Below, piece by piece: positions 51,470 to 64,000 of a stretch of DNA of 64,000 bases. Below the pieces are notes generated by a model. That model saw only the letters and a program-made list of their open reading frames with translations. It was not told the origin of the DNA and searched no databases. Position 1 is the stretch's first letter. Each line of letters opens with the position of its first letter. Origin of the DNA: Phoronis australis (Eukaryota > Animalia > Phoronida); the NCBI GenBank assembly GCA_002633005.1, contig NMRA01000403.1, positions 349,792 to 413,791 on the forward strand, in the 5' to 3' direction. Position numbers and translations under genes: made by a program.

Positions 51470-52030
51470 CACACTAATATATAACATACCCAAAATATAA
51501 TGCAGGTAGGGTGCTGCAACTGTATCTACTTGAATTACATGGATTCTGACCTTTGTCACACCTAATCAACTCCAGTACAATATGCTGGACCCCATCCGGA
51601 ATTGTACATGGTGAGAGCAATTGGCTTATGGCATCTTTCTTGCATCCACAGTCCTCTAGGTCTAGTGCTGGTGGCACACCGTCACATGACTGGCTGGTAA
51701 CGGGCTCTGTTTACATTCTCTGTGAGTGCCTGTGTTGTCAGTGACAGAGTACACAGTTTAAGGGCGGACATACATGTATATCCCTTGCCATTTTATTTCC
51801 CCAAACTAGTAGTCTTGTTCCTGACATCTTCGCGATTCTCTTCATTCCATAACAGGCCCACATGCATTTAGTGGCCTGTATTATAACATAAGAAAAATGT
51901 GCATTAATAGTGCCGATGGTAGACAGGTCATTTCCAGCCGTCGATAGTTTAGCGATGGATCCCTTTCCAACTCCATAGTAGCATGCCACCGTGTTACACC
52001 CCTACAGCGCATGGGCAGGGATGAGACATC
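51470..52030 (-). pseudogene. Degenerate Academ-type transposase C-terminus (XPG-like nuclease plus Cys cluster)
   Basis: The minus strand reads LIPAHAL*GCNTVACYYGVGKG...ATKCMWACYG...KLCTLSLTTQALTENVNRARYQ...PPALDLEDCG...LELIRCDKGQNPCNSSRYSCSTLP. This matches the HAxSGCDT/GxGK, LPPT..A...HxxRA.YQ and C-x-C..C...CSC..LPC hallmarks, with stops and frameshifts. Confidence 0.75.
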
Positions 52031-55000
52031 CACAATGTCACTACGTGTTTTCACTTAATGTACCCTTCTACGCTTACTAGATGATTGGGGATACTTGAAA
52101 CTATTCGTTATCATAGTAACGCACACAAGGCACAAATACATGTACACATGTGTCGTCCGAAACAACCGAAAAGTTTCTAACTTCACATGTACATTTCACG
52201 GCCTGCTGCCCAATAATGGAGCCGTCTTCTTCCTGGGATGTCTCCAGATGATAAGTACTGCTAATGCCCTTGCACAATATTAAGGGAAGGGGTTATTCTT
52301 CACTTGTTTGTGTTCCTTTCGTACTGCTAGCCTTGCTCAAACTCTGATAACATCCAATACTTACATGTATTGTTTCGTGTACATTAACTGTCGTGTAGCA
52401 TTTCTGTCACTTCTAATGTTCAACACTGCGTCTTTGGGATGGACCTTATTGACATGCAGTAGGTCGATGCCGATATCTACTTCTTGACAGATTCGTGCAA
52501 TATTTTAGTCATATGATTCAAGATGTGCCTTATTTTCTTCTGTGTGGTAGGTTTAAGAGCAACATTCAACGTTATCGCCCTCCATCTGTTCAAGAGCTGT
52601 TTCAGTCTTGTAGGACAAATGCAACTATTGCCAGAGCTTAAGTAGCAATTTCTGACGGAACTTTTGGAATCCAACAAAATCTAAACTTAAATGACCCGTC
52701 ACAGATTTGGCTGAAATGTTACCAGTGGATTCATATTCACCTCAAACGACACCAACCACCGTAAAACACTCAATGACCTATCCGTCTATTTTTTACACCC
52801 CCCTAATTTTTTACTTGAAACATGCAAACATTTCAGCATCAAAATGACATATATTGGTAACAAGATGAACTCGTATAGATTAAGGACTGATATTCGATAC
52901 TGTGTACGGATGTATACTATTTTTACCACACTCCAAAAATATAACTTTCAAGGAAATGAAATTACCCTCCTTCGTGGGGACAATCGTTTTTTCATACCAC
53001 GCAGTTTAAGTAACCAAAGCCAAACTAAGTTATTGGTAAGAATATAGCAAGCTGTAACATAATGGCCCTTGGAACTTGTAGACGATGAACAAAAGTTACA
53101 ACAACAAAGGTCAAAAGTCCGGGTTTCTTTTGATTTCTTGCATGGAAATTCAACTGAAAATGGGCACTTTTGGGTGACAAGTGTCGAGTACTTGTTGTAG
53201 TTGCTCAGTAATACGAAACAAAAACAAAACAATGCCTGAAAGTTTTCAGTTGGCATTAGAAACATTATTTAGCGTGCAGAATATTCCTGTTTACAATTTC
53301 TCTGCTCTCAGACGAGTTGGTTGTATCAGAGATTCCATCAGATGCTTAGTGCAGAGGGCAAGTTCAGCAAGTGGCAATGACTGATGAAGTGTGCAGTTTT
53401 AGAAGGTATTCTTCGCGAAAATTCTCGCATGAAGAGTTCTTTATCAAAGTGGGAAGCTGCACAAGAAGTACAGAACAGCATTTACGATCTACTTGTAATG
53501 TGAGTGAGCCAGATTTTTAAGATGAACTCGTCCTGGCGACAGTAGGCGTGTTCTGTGTATTTCTCCATGCACAATATTGTTCACTTCCTTGGGTGAAATA
53601 AATACTCCCTCAGGCATTGACGGACATACGTGTGTTCTGGTGAGGGTAAGTGCACTTGACGTCATTGCAAGGCAGTGGGTGTCTGCCGCGAATGGATTTG
53701 GAACATCGGCACTTCAATCGGCTTCTTATGAAGAACTGGTGTCGGGTGCACTCCTGCAGTCGTTGCTAAAGAAATAACTTTAGCAAAGAATGGCCAGCAA
53801 AAAGTTTTTAAATGCGATGACTAAAAATGGTTTATGCAATGAGGATTTCTTCCTTGTGGCCGCTCAAGTAGACATTGCCAACAGTTCCTTAAGTAGGCTA
53901 AAACGTATTGTAGCTGAAGTAATTGCAAAACTCTTAGAAACAAATCACAAATACGAGACAATTTCATAACCCATATCCAAGCCTGTTGAAATGCAATAAA
54001 TATTTATTTTCTACTTAAGTGCTACACTCTGATATAGTGTATTTTAGGGACTGATCTGAGTGAAGTTATGTTAATCACGCAGACCTGGCTGCATGAGTGT
54101 ACTCGCATTTTGTAATTTGTTGAGTTACTAGAGTCGCCCCCCGGAACCTCCATAATCATCACCACTTGAATTTATGTTCCATACCCGTCGTGCTATCTAT
54201 CCATCACCACCACTTTGATGTGCCACCAGACTAGAAAAAAAAGTTTATAGAAAGGGAAATAATGCTCCCGGCGACCGTCCCCTCTTCTTCGGCTTCTGTG
54301 CCCGGTTGCTTTAAACAGTTCCAAATAGGGAGTCAACTAGGGTCCCTAAGTCTGCTGCGTATTTTCGGACTTTTGAAAACATCGATTGCCCTTTCTTGTA
54401 TTGTTTTAGTTTCATTACTAAGTCAACTTTTGCAAATCGAGAGTGAACTCTACGTTGAATTGTCAAAATTATTGAAAATAAGTAGGCATCTTTTCATGCA
54501 TCACCCCCAATTTAAGTACTGAGTCCCTACTTAGATTCAATGAACTCAGGGCTCAGTTTTTATTAATATTAATAGAAAATGTCATTAATCAAAGATGAGC
54601 TCATAATAAAGATGAAACGATAGAAAAATATTGCATCTGTGAGTCCATAATGACACAAATACCCAAAAAGTCTCAGGGACCTTAGTTGAGTCCCTATTTG
54701 GGACTGTTTCATGCAACCAGACACTGGTGGTCTCAAAACCCTCTAAATTAAAAGTGCCTTCAAATCCATTTAACGTATTGATGTTTGAAGTGTATCTATT
54801 ATAAAACTGCTGTGTACATGTAATCACCGTATCTGAGGTGTACTCAGTAAAATTACATGTTAACCACAAAGTTGACAAAAACCAAACTTCATAATTTATG
54901 CATAATTTATGCATGTACTATACCAGTTCATTACCATTTAGTTACTCATGCTCCATTTCTCCTTGAAAATGAAAATGAAAAAAGTCGCAAAAACGCTCAA

Positions 55001-55704
55001 ATTTTGAAAATCCAGAATTAAATACTAAAATGTCTATATTAAATATGAAACGTGTGTCTCGATATTCATGTCAAATATATTCTCAGAAAAAATCATACAT
55101 GCAGTTATTTCTAACTTTTAACATGTCTCAATGGTCTTGCAAAGGTGGCAGCTTTTTACTGGATAAGGGTCGAAAAAGCCATTTTTGAAATATCATCGAA
55201 AAACGAAAACGAGACTTGTGTCATAAAACCCAAAGGTGACCTACTGCATATCTAGGGGTAGTCCAACCCCTCATAAAGTCTCAGAACAATCTGTGACTTT
55301 CGACTTAGAACTACCTTAGGTGTTCTCAGAAATTGCTACTTAAGAGCCTCTTCTTTGAGGGCAATTCCCTACAACGCCCCCTCTGTTGTGTCCGTACCTC
55401 ATGAATGTGGTCCCTATAAACTGATCACTCCGAGCCCCATTCCAGCATGCACCCAGGCTTTTAAACCAAGCTGCGTTTTTTCTATGGTTTCTGGGAGCGC
55501 GGCAATATAGGCGATGTGTTTTTTATGGAATAGGAGTTCACAAACAGCTAAGCACAATACACAAAACATTTTCTCATTTCATCTCCATAAAAGAGATTCT
55601 GCAAAATTTCCATGCTAAAACCTGCAAACGGATTTCAAACGAACTCCTTTGGGTTAAAAACTACATATACGACCGCAAACAGGCCACTAAATACGGTGGT
55701 ATTC

Positions 55705-56610
55705 TTTCTGACTACTCAACCGTTATCACGGGCGTACCTCTGGGCCCTCTATTATTCACTATTTTTGTTAACGACCTCCCTGCTGTCCTCCACAACAGTG
55801 TCTGTTATGTATATGCTGATGATACTGCAATTATGTCCACAGCTGGATCAGTAAAAGAACTCGAAACTTCTCTCAACAAAGAGCTAGCCCTTATCCATGA
55901 CTGGCTGCTTCAAAATAAACTCACTCTTAAGGTTACTAAAACCAAGTCCATGGTGTCGAGAACCCACCAGAAATCAAAACAACAGAAACTGCCCCTTTCT
56001 ATCGACAGTTCTCCTATCGAGAGTGTAGACAAGTTTAAATACTTGAGCCTTATTTTAGATACCAATTTTAAACTTAATATGCACATAGATCACATCACAA
56101 CGAAATTATCAAACAAAATCGGTGTACTTAAACGTTTAGGCAAATTTCTTAATGTCAGCACTTGTAAGACACTTTAGCATTCTATTATTCAACCTCATGT
56201 TGATTATTGTTTACCGGTTTAGGGACATACATGTACCAGCGACAAACTTGTTAGCAAAGTCACAGTAATCCACAATAGAACTCTCTTCAGCCCAGCAATT
56301 ATACGGTCCGATTCAATTAATATCTTTAAATTTAATATTAAAAAGTGCCTGTCCTAATAATGTAATTTTTCATTATTTAGTATCATCTCTTTTATTATTT
56401 GGTCTCTCTTTGTCCAATTTTCACCATCCTCCGTCACTTATTATTTAAACTGTATATTTGTTACATGTATTTAATTATTGTTTCACTACATTATTATATT
56501 ACGTTACTGTTTTATATTTTGTTGCCGAGAGCCCTTTTGGAAAGCAGTGCTGTCACTCACGAAGGCCATCCTCATTTTACATATCACAATAAATCAAGAA
56601 ATAAATTAAA
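55705..56610 (+). mobile_element. 5'-truncated CR1/L2-type non-LTR retrotransposon (RT C-terminal half plus 3' UTR)
   Basis: Reads TGVP(QGS lost)LGPLLFTIFVNDLP...YADDTAI...IHDWLLQNKLTLKVTKTKSM...FKYLSLILD...HIDHITTKLSNKIGVLKRL. Ends in an AATAAA-rich tail near 56588-56610. Confidence 0.88.
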
Positions 56611-57223
56611 TTCATTGACGACAGAAACATGTGTGCAAATATTAATGACTAACCTCTGGTGTCTGATGCAGCAGTTATAAGCACAAGTAGAATTGTGAAT
56701 AATGGCAGCCTCAATTTGTGAAAAATTATCAATTATTATGCAAATTCATGATGACCATGAAAATATGAGACCTGATACGAAAATAATCTACATTTAATAA
56801 CCATAAGGATGTTATGTGCACAAACAATATTTCTAATATGTTGCCCTTTATTATGGAAAGTTGTTATGTAACAACTTGCAAACGGTTTTCATTGGATTAC
56901 GCGACACCAGAAACATGGGTTCAGACGTCAAAATAGTTTGCCTGTAGTGCCGGGTACTTCAGCTATAAGCAAAAGTAAAATTTTGGATGATGGCGGCCTT
57001 AATTTGCATATATTATGCAAATTCAACATGTATCCACCAGCAAACGAGCTCCAATCAATTCACTGACCAAAACAGCAATGGTAAAAGCATTGAAATAACC
57101 TGTCTGCAATGCATGAAAAAGACGTTTTAGGCAAAATATAATGTTGAATAATGCAGGCCTTGATTTGCCTTGTTTATGCAAATTTAGCATGTAACAATTT
57201 GCAAACTGATGTCATTAAACTAG

Positions 57224-57399
57224 TTGACCTATCGCTAGGATTTTGAGTGACGGATTAACTGACCAATCAGAAACCAACATCCTTGAAACACTTTCGCATC
57301 GAATCCGCCATTTCATCCTACAAACAACACGTTGCCGGGGAAAAACGTATTGTTTGTTTGTCGACATTTTTCAAGTGGGCGGAGTTTGCGATAGGTCAA
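57224..57399. mobile_element. MITE of about 175 bp related to the THAP-bearing element at 44.6 kb
   Basis: TIR TTGACCTATCGC / GCGATAGGTCAA. The interior (GACGG.TTAA.TGACCAATCAGAA...CCGCCATTT...ACAAACAACACGT.GCCG) is shared with 44571-44685. Confidence 0.65.
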
Positions 57400-58782
57400 T
57401 TGACTATAGGATCATAGGCGCAAATATCATAATAACTCACCTGTGGTGCTTGGTGACATAGCTATAAGAACAAGTGAAATTTTAAATAATGGCGGCCTAA
57501 ATTTGCATAAATTATGAAAATTCACTAGGTATCCCCAAAAATTCGCTGACCATGGTTAAGTAAAAAACAGTCTTTGGCTCCCGGACTATGTTAAATAAGC
57601 TGCCATTAGATTCCGCTCCACACGGTACACAGCGTATGACACCAAGATAAAGTTCAGTGGCTGTCTTCCCAAAATCACGTCCTATCATTTTGAATACACG
57701 GCAATATCTCGCGTAATCTCGCAAAGTCGTGGTTTTCCGTTATTGAGCTCCACATGATTTTGGAAAAATAGAAATCAAACCCTTCTATCGTATGTCTAAG
57801 ATTTGAAAGGATCTTGGTTAGACTAAAAAGTCGTAATAGGCTCTGGTAGGTGTCTTTGAGAATTGATGCGGTGATACGGTATGCATGTAGTTTTGAATTT
57901 TTAGAATTTGCATAATATGCACTAAAGTGGTGAGCCTCAACAATTTAATGACCAGGTGGTACCCTGATCTACCGGTTGTGATTGTGCTCGGGTGGTTTGC
58001 AGAGTTGGATGCGACCCAAAACCGCACTACTTGCAACTAAGAAAGAGGTGGTTCTTGTTAAGTTGTGCAATGTTGTTACATTACTACGTGTAGTTTTTGG
58101 AAAAAAATGCCAAAAGTATTGGGGTTTGTCTTTGTTTTTCCTCAAACATTGAGGCGCAGTTTTCAAAAACGCTTAGTAGGAGACCATTGCCAATTATATT
58201 ATTTTCCTTGATTCTGTATAGTTTTATACAATGTACGTACATGTACCCGTCACACAAACAACCGAAATTGCTGCACCTTCCATATTTGCCCGATTCCCCG
58301 CAGCGTGAAGTGCAATAACTAGTAGTACATGGGCGGATTGCTCGAACTGCTACTGAAATAGAGGTAAATTATTCACTTGTAAAATACAGTCGTACATCAT
58401 TCTGACCGTTCTAGGCTCGAAAGAAGGATTAGACGTTGGAACGACAGAACCACAATGTGGAAAATGACGGAAACATAACACGTTGCGTAACAAGTGTTGG
58501 AGAAGGGACGTGTTCCGGGAAGGATAGACTAAGGCACGTGCGACTGAACGGAGTTGTATCAAAAGAACTGGTTATTATCAATGAGAACATCCATGCAGAT
58601 CGTGAAGCATACAAGTTGACTACCATAGGGTAGAAACTTTGACTGATAACTTTGAAAATTGCCTCACATGGTTCGTAAACGAAAAAGAAGGTCTAGAAAG
58701 AATTTTCGCCCTATCGGACGAGAAAATTAGCGGAAAGCGACTGAGAAAGAATTCTAATCAACTGCAGGACGTGCATTATATA

Positions 58783-58959
58783 TAGTCCGGTTACCTATTG
58801 TCGTCAGGCTCCAAAGTTCGTCCGCCATCTTGTTTCGCGTGCAGCGCAACCACGCGGGACTTAGCGTTCCAATTTGGAGTGCTCGTCTGCACGTTAGGTA
58901 CTAACTTATCGGAAGAGACACGTATCAAAGTAATGAGACAAAAATCGGTGAGTTTACCG
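58783..58959 (+). mobile_element. Terminus of a DNA transposon (5'-TAGTCCGGTTACC; Academ-like TAG end)
   Basis: Near-identical inverted copy at 5158-5334. The true extent to the right is unknown. Confidence 0.7.
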
Positions 58960-59778
58960 ATTGTTTTTTAAAACCACTTAAAAATCAGTAGATTTTACTA
59001 ATACACTTTTTTGTGCGTTTTCAGAAGATGTTTTCGAATTTAAATTTTCTTCCGACGGGACACAAAACATGATCCAGGGTTTGTTTATGCAATGTATCTG
59101 TTTGTCCCAGGCACTAGTAGGATCTAGAAGGCCAAAGGAAAAATCCGCAGACAAATGCGATACGCTGGGTTCTTAACATTTTTGCCTCACGCATTCACCA
59201 TTAAACTGCATTGAAATGTTGTCCAATTGGCTTTTATTGGAAACCACAGTGCAGAGCTCAACATCAAAGCTTCAAATCGAGTTTATGTCAATAAAAACAG
59301 GCTGTTGCAATTTTCATTACTTCGTTGGCCTTTTTCTGCATGTTTCTCAGTTTTTACAAAAGGGGGCAGCATATGACGAACTTAGGTGTCACAATAAAAT
59401 GGCTGCCGAAGGCAGTGCACATTTGAAATAACTCGGCACAAATTAAAGAAAACTTCCGAATCGATGAATGCGGTATATCTGTGAGAGTTAAATCGAATCC
59501 TATTCAGATCATAACTTTGAAGTGGAATAATTCGGTGAGTACAACAGCAAGTCGGTTTTATGCTCAGGCGGACGACCATTGGGTTCCCCAGTATACTCAG
59601 TAAATAACCCCGGTATAAATCGCTAAGGTCGTGATTAGAATGATACATGTACAAGTTACTAATTTCTGACAATGATTATGAACATCGTTATATAGAACAC
59701 GGGAGACGACCTGTGCGCGTTAAAATGTTGCCCCTCGCGATACATGTAAGCAGGATTCACAATTGATCCTACATGTAG

Positions 59779-62756
59779 CAGAAAGAGATAACCAGGAAGG
59801 GACAACTAGCTAAACCGCTGTTTTTGGTCTCCTTCACCGGACTAATATCAGGAGTTAAGTTTCATTCAAAAGAAAACAGATGATTTCATCAGAGAGAGTA
59901 AAGCTTTTTCTATAAAAAGATATCAAAAAACTCACTTTTCAACTTTAAACAGTGGTGTAATTGTACTTTGAAAATATCGACTTCAGCGCACGCAATCACA
60001 ATTTCCCACACGCAGTCACGGTTATTTAAGCTTTTCCGTCGATGTATAGATGGCGCAGTAATCAAGTCCTCCCTCACTAGCATATCAAATTTGCATGTGT
60101 AGTTCTGAGACTCTCGTCAGTTTAGTTGTTGTCGAGCGCTTGAGTGGATAAAGCGGTGACCTCCCGCTGGGAGCACGCGCTGATGGAGATGCCACAGCTA
60201 ACTCGATTGCTTCGCAATCAGGAGGTGAAAACACTCTCGTGACCTCAGTTCTGAATTCCAGCTAAGCAACCCCTGTTTCGAGGAGCGGATTGAATCGTTT
60301 TCGTCCCCAGACTGTGGATTGCAGAGAAGATTTGAATGAGGTGAACATCGAACTTTCTACGGCTACCTATCGTGTTGACAAAAGTTTGAAGTGTCAGAAC
60401 CGTAGACGGAGCGCGCGGGAAGTCTATGGTTCGTGTTCTTCTTCGGTTGACGAAAACATTGCTATCGGCATAAAGAATGACCGTGGGAAATTCATTTTGA
60501 GGTGGACACCTGTATCCAAGAATAAATATTAATACTCTGTAATATCTCACCCTCCGCGTTTCGTTTCTTTGACGTTGTTTGAGGTTGCGGTATCGTAAAA
60601 CAACGCCGTCGGTTGAGAGAAGTTGCACCGAATAATTGAAATTGGCTGCAGTTCTTTCCGTTAGAATGCCCGGACTCAACTGTGCCATTTTCTTGGCAAG
60701 TCTCTTGCCTGCCGAAATTTTTCTGAGGATTGAAGACATCGGCCTTCTCCTGCGCCAATCAACCTTTTATCTGCTACAAAAATGTTATGCCTAATTTTCT
60801 ACCATTTTAGCACACTTTGTGGCTCTGCTACAATTAGCACTGCCATAATCGTATTTCTTAATTCCGCCACAGTATGCATACCTGGAAGTTAGTTTTGCTA
60901 AGTGTTTTTCCAAATTAAGCCACAACAGTTGTTCATCATTAAATGTCTCAGATTCCTCGACGCCATGGACATTTCCGTCAACACAAAACGCACCCTTGCC
61001 ATTCTTAAAACTTCGTATATATGTGCTATAATTGATTCAAAGGACCGGCAGTAACCGTGGCCGGAATGTCGGCAGCATCGCGACTAAGTCTACAGCGAAC
61101 TCCTGTTGAAATTCTCCATACTTCAAAATTCTTTTTTGCAGGTGCTGATAATTGCCTTCAATGGTTTTCATAATAAGAGACTAGAAATCCGAGTTGTCAC
61201 ACACGCCCACTGGCCTGGTGCTGCCTTGCATTTTCACTGGCCACCTTGCTGCAGTCGACTTGCGCCCAATAGCGGAATTAGTGTCCACATTTGTGGTCAC
61301 GTGCCGGGTACAGGCCCATGAGACAAGTTACAACAACAAATTCAGTACTAATCCATAAACCCTTTTACACGCACAATTAAGTGCGCAAAACTGCTCCTGT
61401 ATTTCTTAATTCAGTCCAAGCTTTTCAGTGGTCCATAGGCGGTGCACTACAGGGGGGCTGAATTAAAAACTAGACTAAAGAAATTAAAAAATTTACAAAC
61501 CGTAGATCGGATCGGAAAAGAAGTTCAAGTCATTGCTCATAAATTTGGAAAGATTGTCTTTGCATTTCCTTGATGCTTGTATAGTTCCCAGTAGTATTGT
61601 GCAATGAATTTAGGTTCTTCTTAACCGAATCGTTTGCTTGACATTCCCGTGCATACTGCAAAGGCTGGACAAGTCGTGACTCAGTGACGCACGCACCCAC
61701 GTTGAAAATAAGGCGTGGTCATGCAGTAGGCTACCCGCGTAGAATCCGCGCACAGTGATTGACGGGAAAAGAACTTGAACTGCAGGGGTTGTGTGTGCAT
61801 TTTTGGGACACGCGTTCCATAGCATGTTCCCCTGCCGCCCGGCGGCAGAAGCTGGACCAGTGGCTGAACAAGGAATTTTGATACAGCTCTATAGGCCAAG
61901 GATTTCGGGATCATATCTTTCAAAACAATCTTCAGGAAATTACCGTATTAAAATGAACTTTTCCCGAAACTGGGTCAAACAAAACGACCTTGGAGCCAGA
62001 CTGAACACGGTGAGGTTCGAGTTAAGCCGCACGTCTCAAATAAATCATAGCGGAGCTGACCAGCGACTAGCATTAGTTCGTCGAATTGCGCATGAATCAT
62101 AGCGGAGCTGACCGGCGACTACCATTAGTTCGTCGAATTGCCCATGCATGGATCAGACTTCCCGGCGACTCGGACGCCACGACACCGGCCACCGTGGCGG
62201 GAGCAGCTAATTTCTTGACTAGAGAACACCTGCTTCTAAATCTGGATTTAAGCAAAATGACAAAGTCCACCCTTACACACATGCAAGCGTATCCAAATAC
62301 AATTGAATGTATTTTCATGTGAAACCATTCAATGTTCTTTGAACATTGACTTGTGCGAGTTCTTAATTTTCTTAGATTTGCTTAGAACTGCGTTTCAAGT
62401 CATTCACCTGAGGGTTCGCGTCGTATGACGTCGTATGACGTCGTATGACGTAGGAGATGCGAGCCTCATTTGCATATATTAGTGACACCTGTTGGTTCAA
62501 AAAAGGATCATGCCCGAGTACATGCCTGGGAAGAGGCATCTTTTGGAAGGGTAAAACAAGTCATGTTCAAAGCATTCTAGTGCAATTAATATGCAGTCTT
62601 TGGGGACCAAAGTGGTGTCATTTTATAGCTAAAGAGTTAAGCTTTCAAACACCATGCTTGGATTTCAGATGACTTTAACATTTACTTTTGAAATCACTTT
62701 TGAAAACACGTTAAAATGCGCTAAAACAGTTGTCCCTTCCTGGTTATCTCTTTCTG
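59779..62756. mobile_element. TIR element of about 2.98 kb (P-element-like ends) without an intact ORF
   Basis: Perfect 29-bp TIR CAGAAAGAGATAACCAGGAAGGGACAACT at 59779-59807 and inverted at 62728-62756. The right flank is ATCCTAG and the left flank is ATCCTA[CATGTA]G, consistent with a 7-bp TSD. Confidence 0.78.
62043..62150 (+). repeat. 52-bp tandem duplication inside the TIR element
   Basis: AATCATAGCGGAGCTGACC.GCGACTA.CATTAGTTCGTCGAATTGC.CATG occurs twice. (CGTCGTATGA)x3 lies nearby at about 62419-62450. Confidence 0.85.
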
Positions 62757-64000
62757 ATCCTAGTTAATACTCAGACCCAAAACTAAGATCATAAGTTCAT
62801 TTTCGAATTGTCATTGGGTGAAAGAACGCCTGTCGTAGTACCACCGGTCTCCGGTTGTAGCGCAGCTTAGGAAACTGTAAAAAAATACTGAGAAAATTCA
62901 ACAGTTCAGAAATAATTTCAATTCTTTTCTCCGGGTCAGCTCTAAGTTTCGTGCGCAGTTTGACGCTGACATTTTCCTCCGCTGTAATTGACCTTTTGCA
63001 AGCCCCGCTCCTCTGCGAAAAGTCACGTGACACCGGACAAACAAATGAGATGTCAGAGGCCAATACACTGTAGCTAAACAACGTTCTGGTTGTATCAATG
63101 AGTGTTTTTCTACTAACCGAAAATGCCTCGACAAAGACAACAGCCGATGCTTTTCAGCAGAGAATCATTCGTTCATGATATGTGAATTTGTAAAGGCAAC
63201 GATAAAAAAATAAGTATTTCGGAGCCAGCGAAAATCCGAAGAACCCCACACGGCTCTCATCTTCACCAACAAATGACAAGGCCACTGATGAGATATGCTC
63301 ATGTAAAGCTGGGTATGTACCTTAAAGTCGAATTATCTGAACAATGCCATAGATGTCAGGATCTTTCGAACAAAATCAGTGAAGATTCACCCATATTTTT
63401 AATCTGCTAAATTCCGCCAAATGAAAAGTACGTCACAACTGGTGGAACTCCCCGAGTAAAGTAGGTCGAGTCCATAGCACTGTTTACACTTTTTTGATTT
63501 TCGAACAAAATATTTGATTAACAAAAACTCAGACTCATAGCTCAAGTACAGGCAAGCAGTTAGCTCTGATAGGTCTAGGGCTGAATCCAAGTCAAATCAA
63601 TGCCTGAAATTGGCTGTATTGCACTATTAACACATTTAAAAGGGGACTGTAGTCAAAATAATGTTGCAGTTAATCGGTTCTAACATGCAAATAAAACTCA
63701 CATTTGCCTGACTTGCGTGCCAAACTAAAGCCAATTCGAATTCATGGTCAAAACACTGAATTCTGAAAGCGATCGCTGATTGGCTGATGCGTCAGTGACG
63801 TGTACGGCGGGGTATCGGCTGCTTTACACATTCATTGCTTATGTCATATTTGAAGAGTTTACATCGTAATTTATCATTGTATCAATCGTCCTTATTTTTT
63901 ATTGTTTGCCACAGTGCTGTAAAAGGTTCGCTATGCCTTTTTGTATGGCACCTGGTTGCTCAAACTCTTCGAAAAAGGCGTCTTCTAAAGGGATGGTCAT

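Noticed and set aside
58400-58780. Coding-like stretch before the transposon end at 58783
   Set aside because: Short, interrupted frames with no identifiable family; no call can be supported.
60245-60739. 164-aa minus-strand ORF as a transposase
   Set aside because: No DDE, THAP or other motif is recognisable; kept only as unidentified interior of the TIR element.

Overview
AT-rich eukaryotic genomic DNA, probably from a marine invertebrate; the species cannot be determined from the sequence. It comes from a heterozygous draft assembly with single-N joins at 5157, 14429 and 16857 and one gap of about 730 bp. The left half (1-31 kb) holds three spliced genes that I reconstructed exon by exon with consistent GT-AG phases. 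They are the 5' part of DEAD-box helicase DDX31/DBP7 (minus strand, runs off the window), a complete adenylate kinase 8 (AK8, plus strand, 11 exons, 480 aa) lying head-to-head only 144 bp away, and a complete lysophosphatidic acid acyltransferase AGPAT1/2 (minus strand, 6 exons, 274 aa). The right half (31-64 kb) is mostly decayed transposons: an Academ-like transposase relic, a CR1/L2-type LINE, a THAP relic, several MITEs and a 3-kb TIR element. Among them is one intact, intronless 404-aa atypical protein-kinase-like ORF. Other notable signals are a roughly 10-fold excess of TACATGTA that behaves like a transposon excision footprint, and haplotype duplications that expose polymorphic transposon insertions. 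I found no CRISPR, rRNA or confident tRNA gene.
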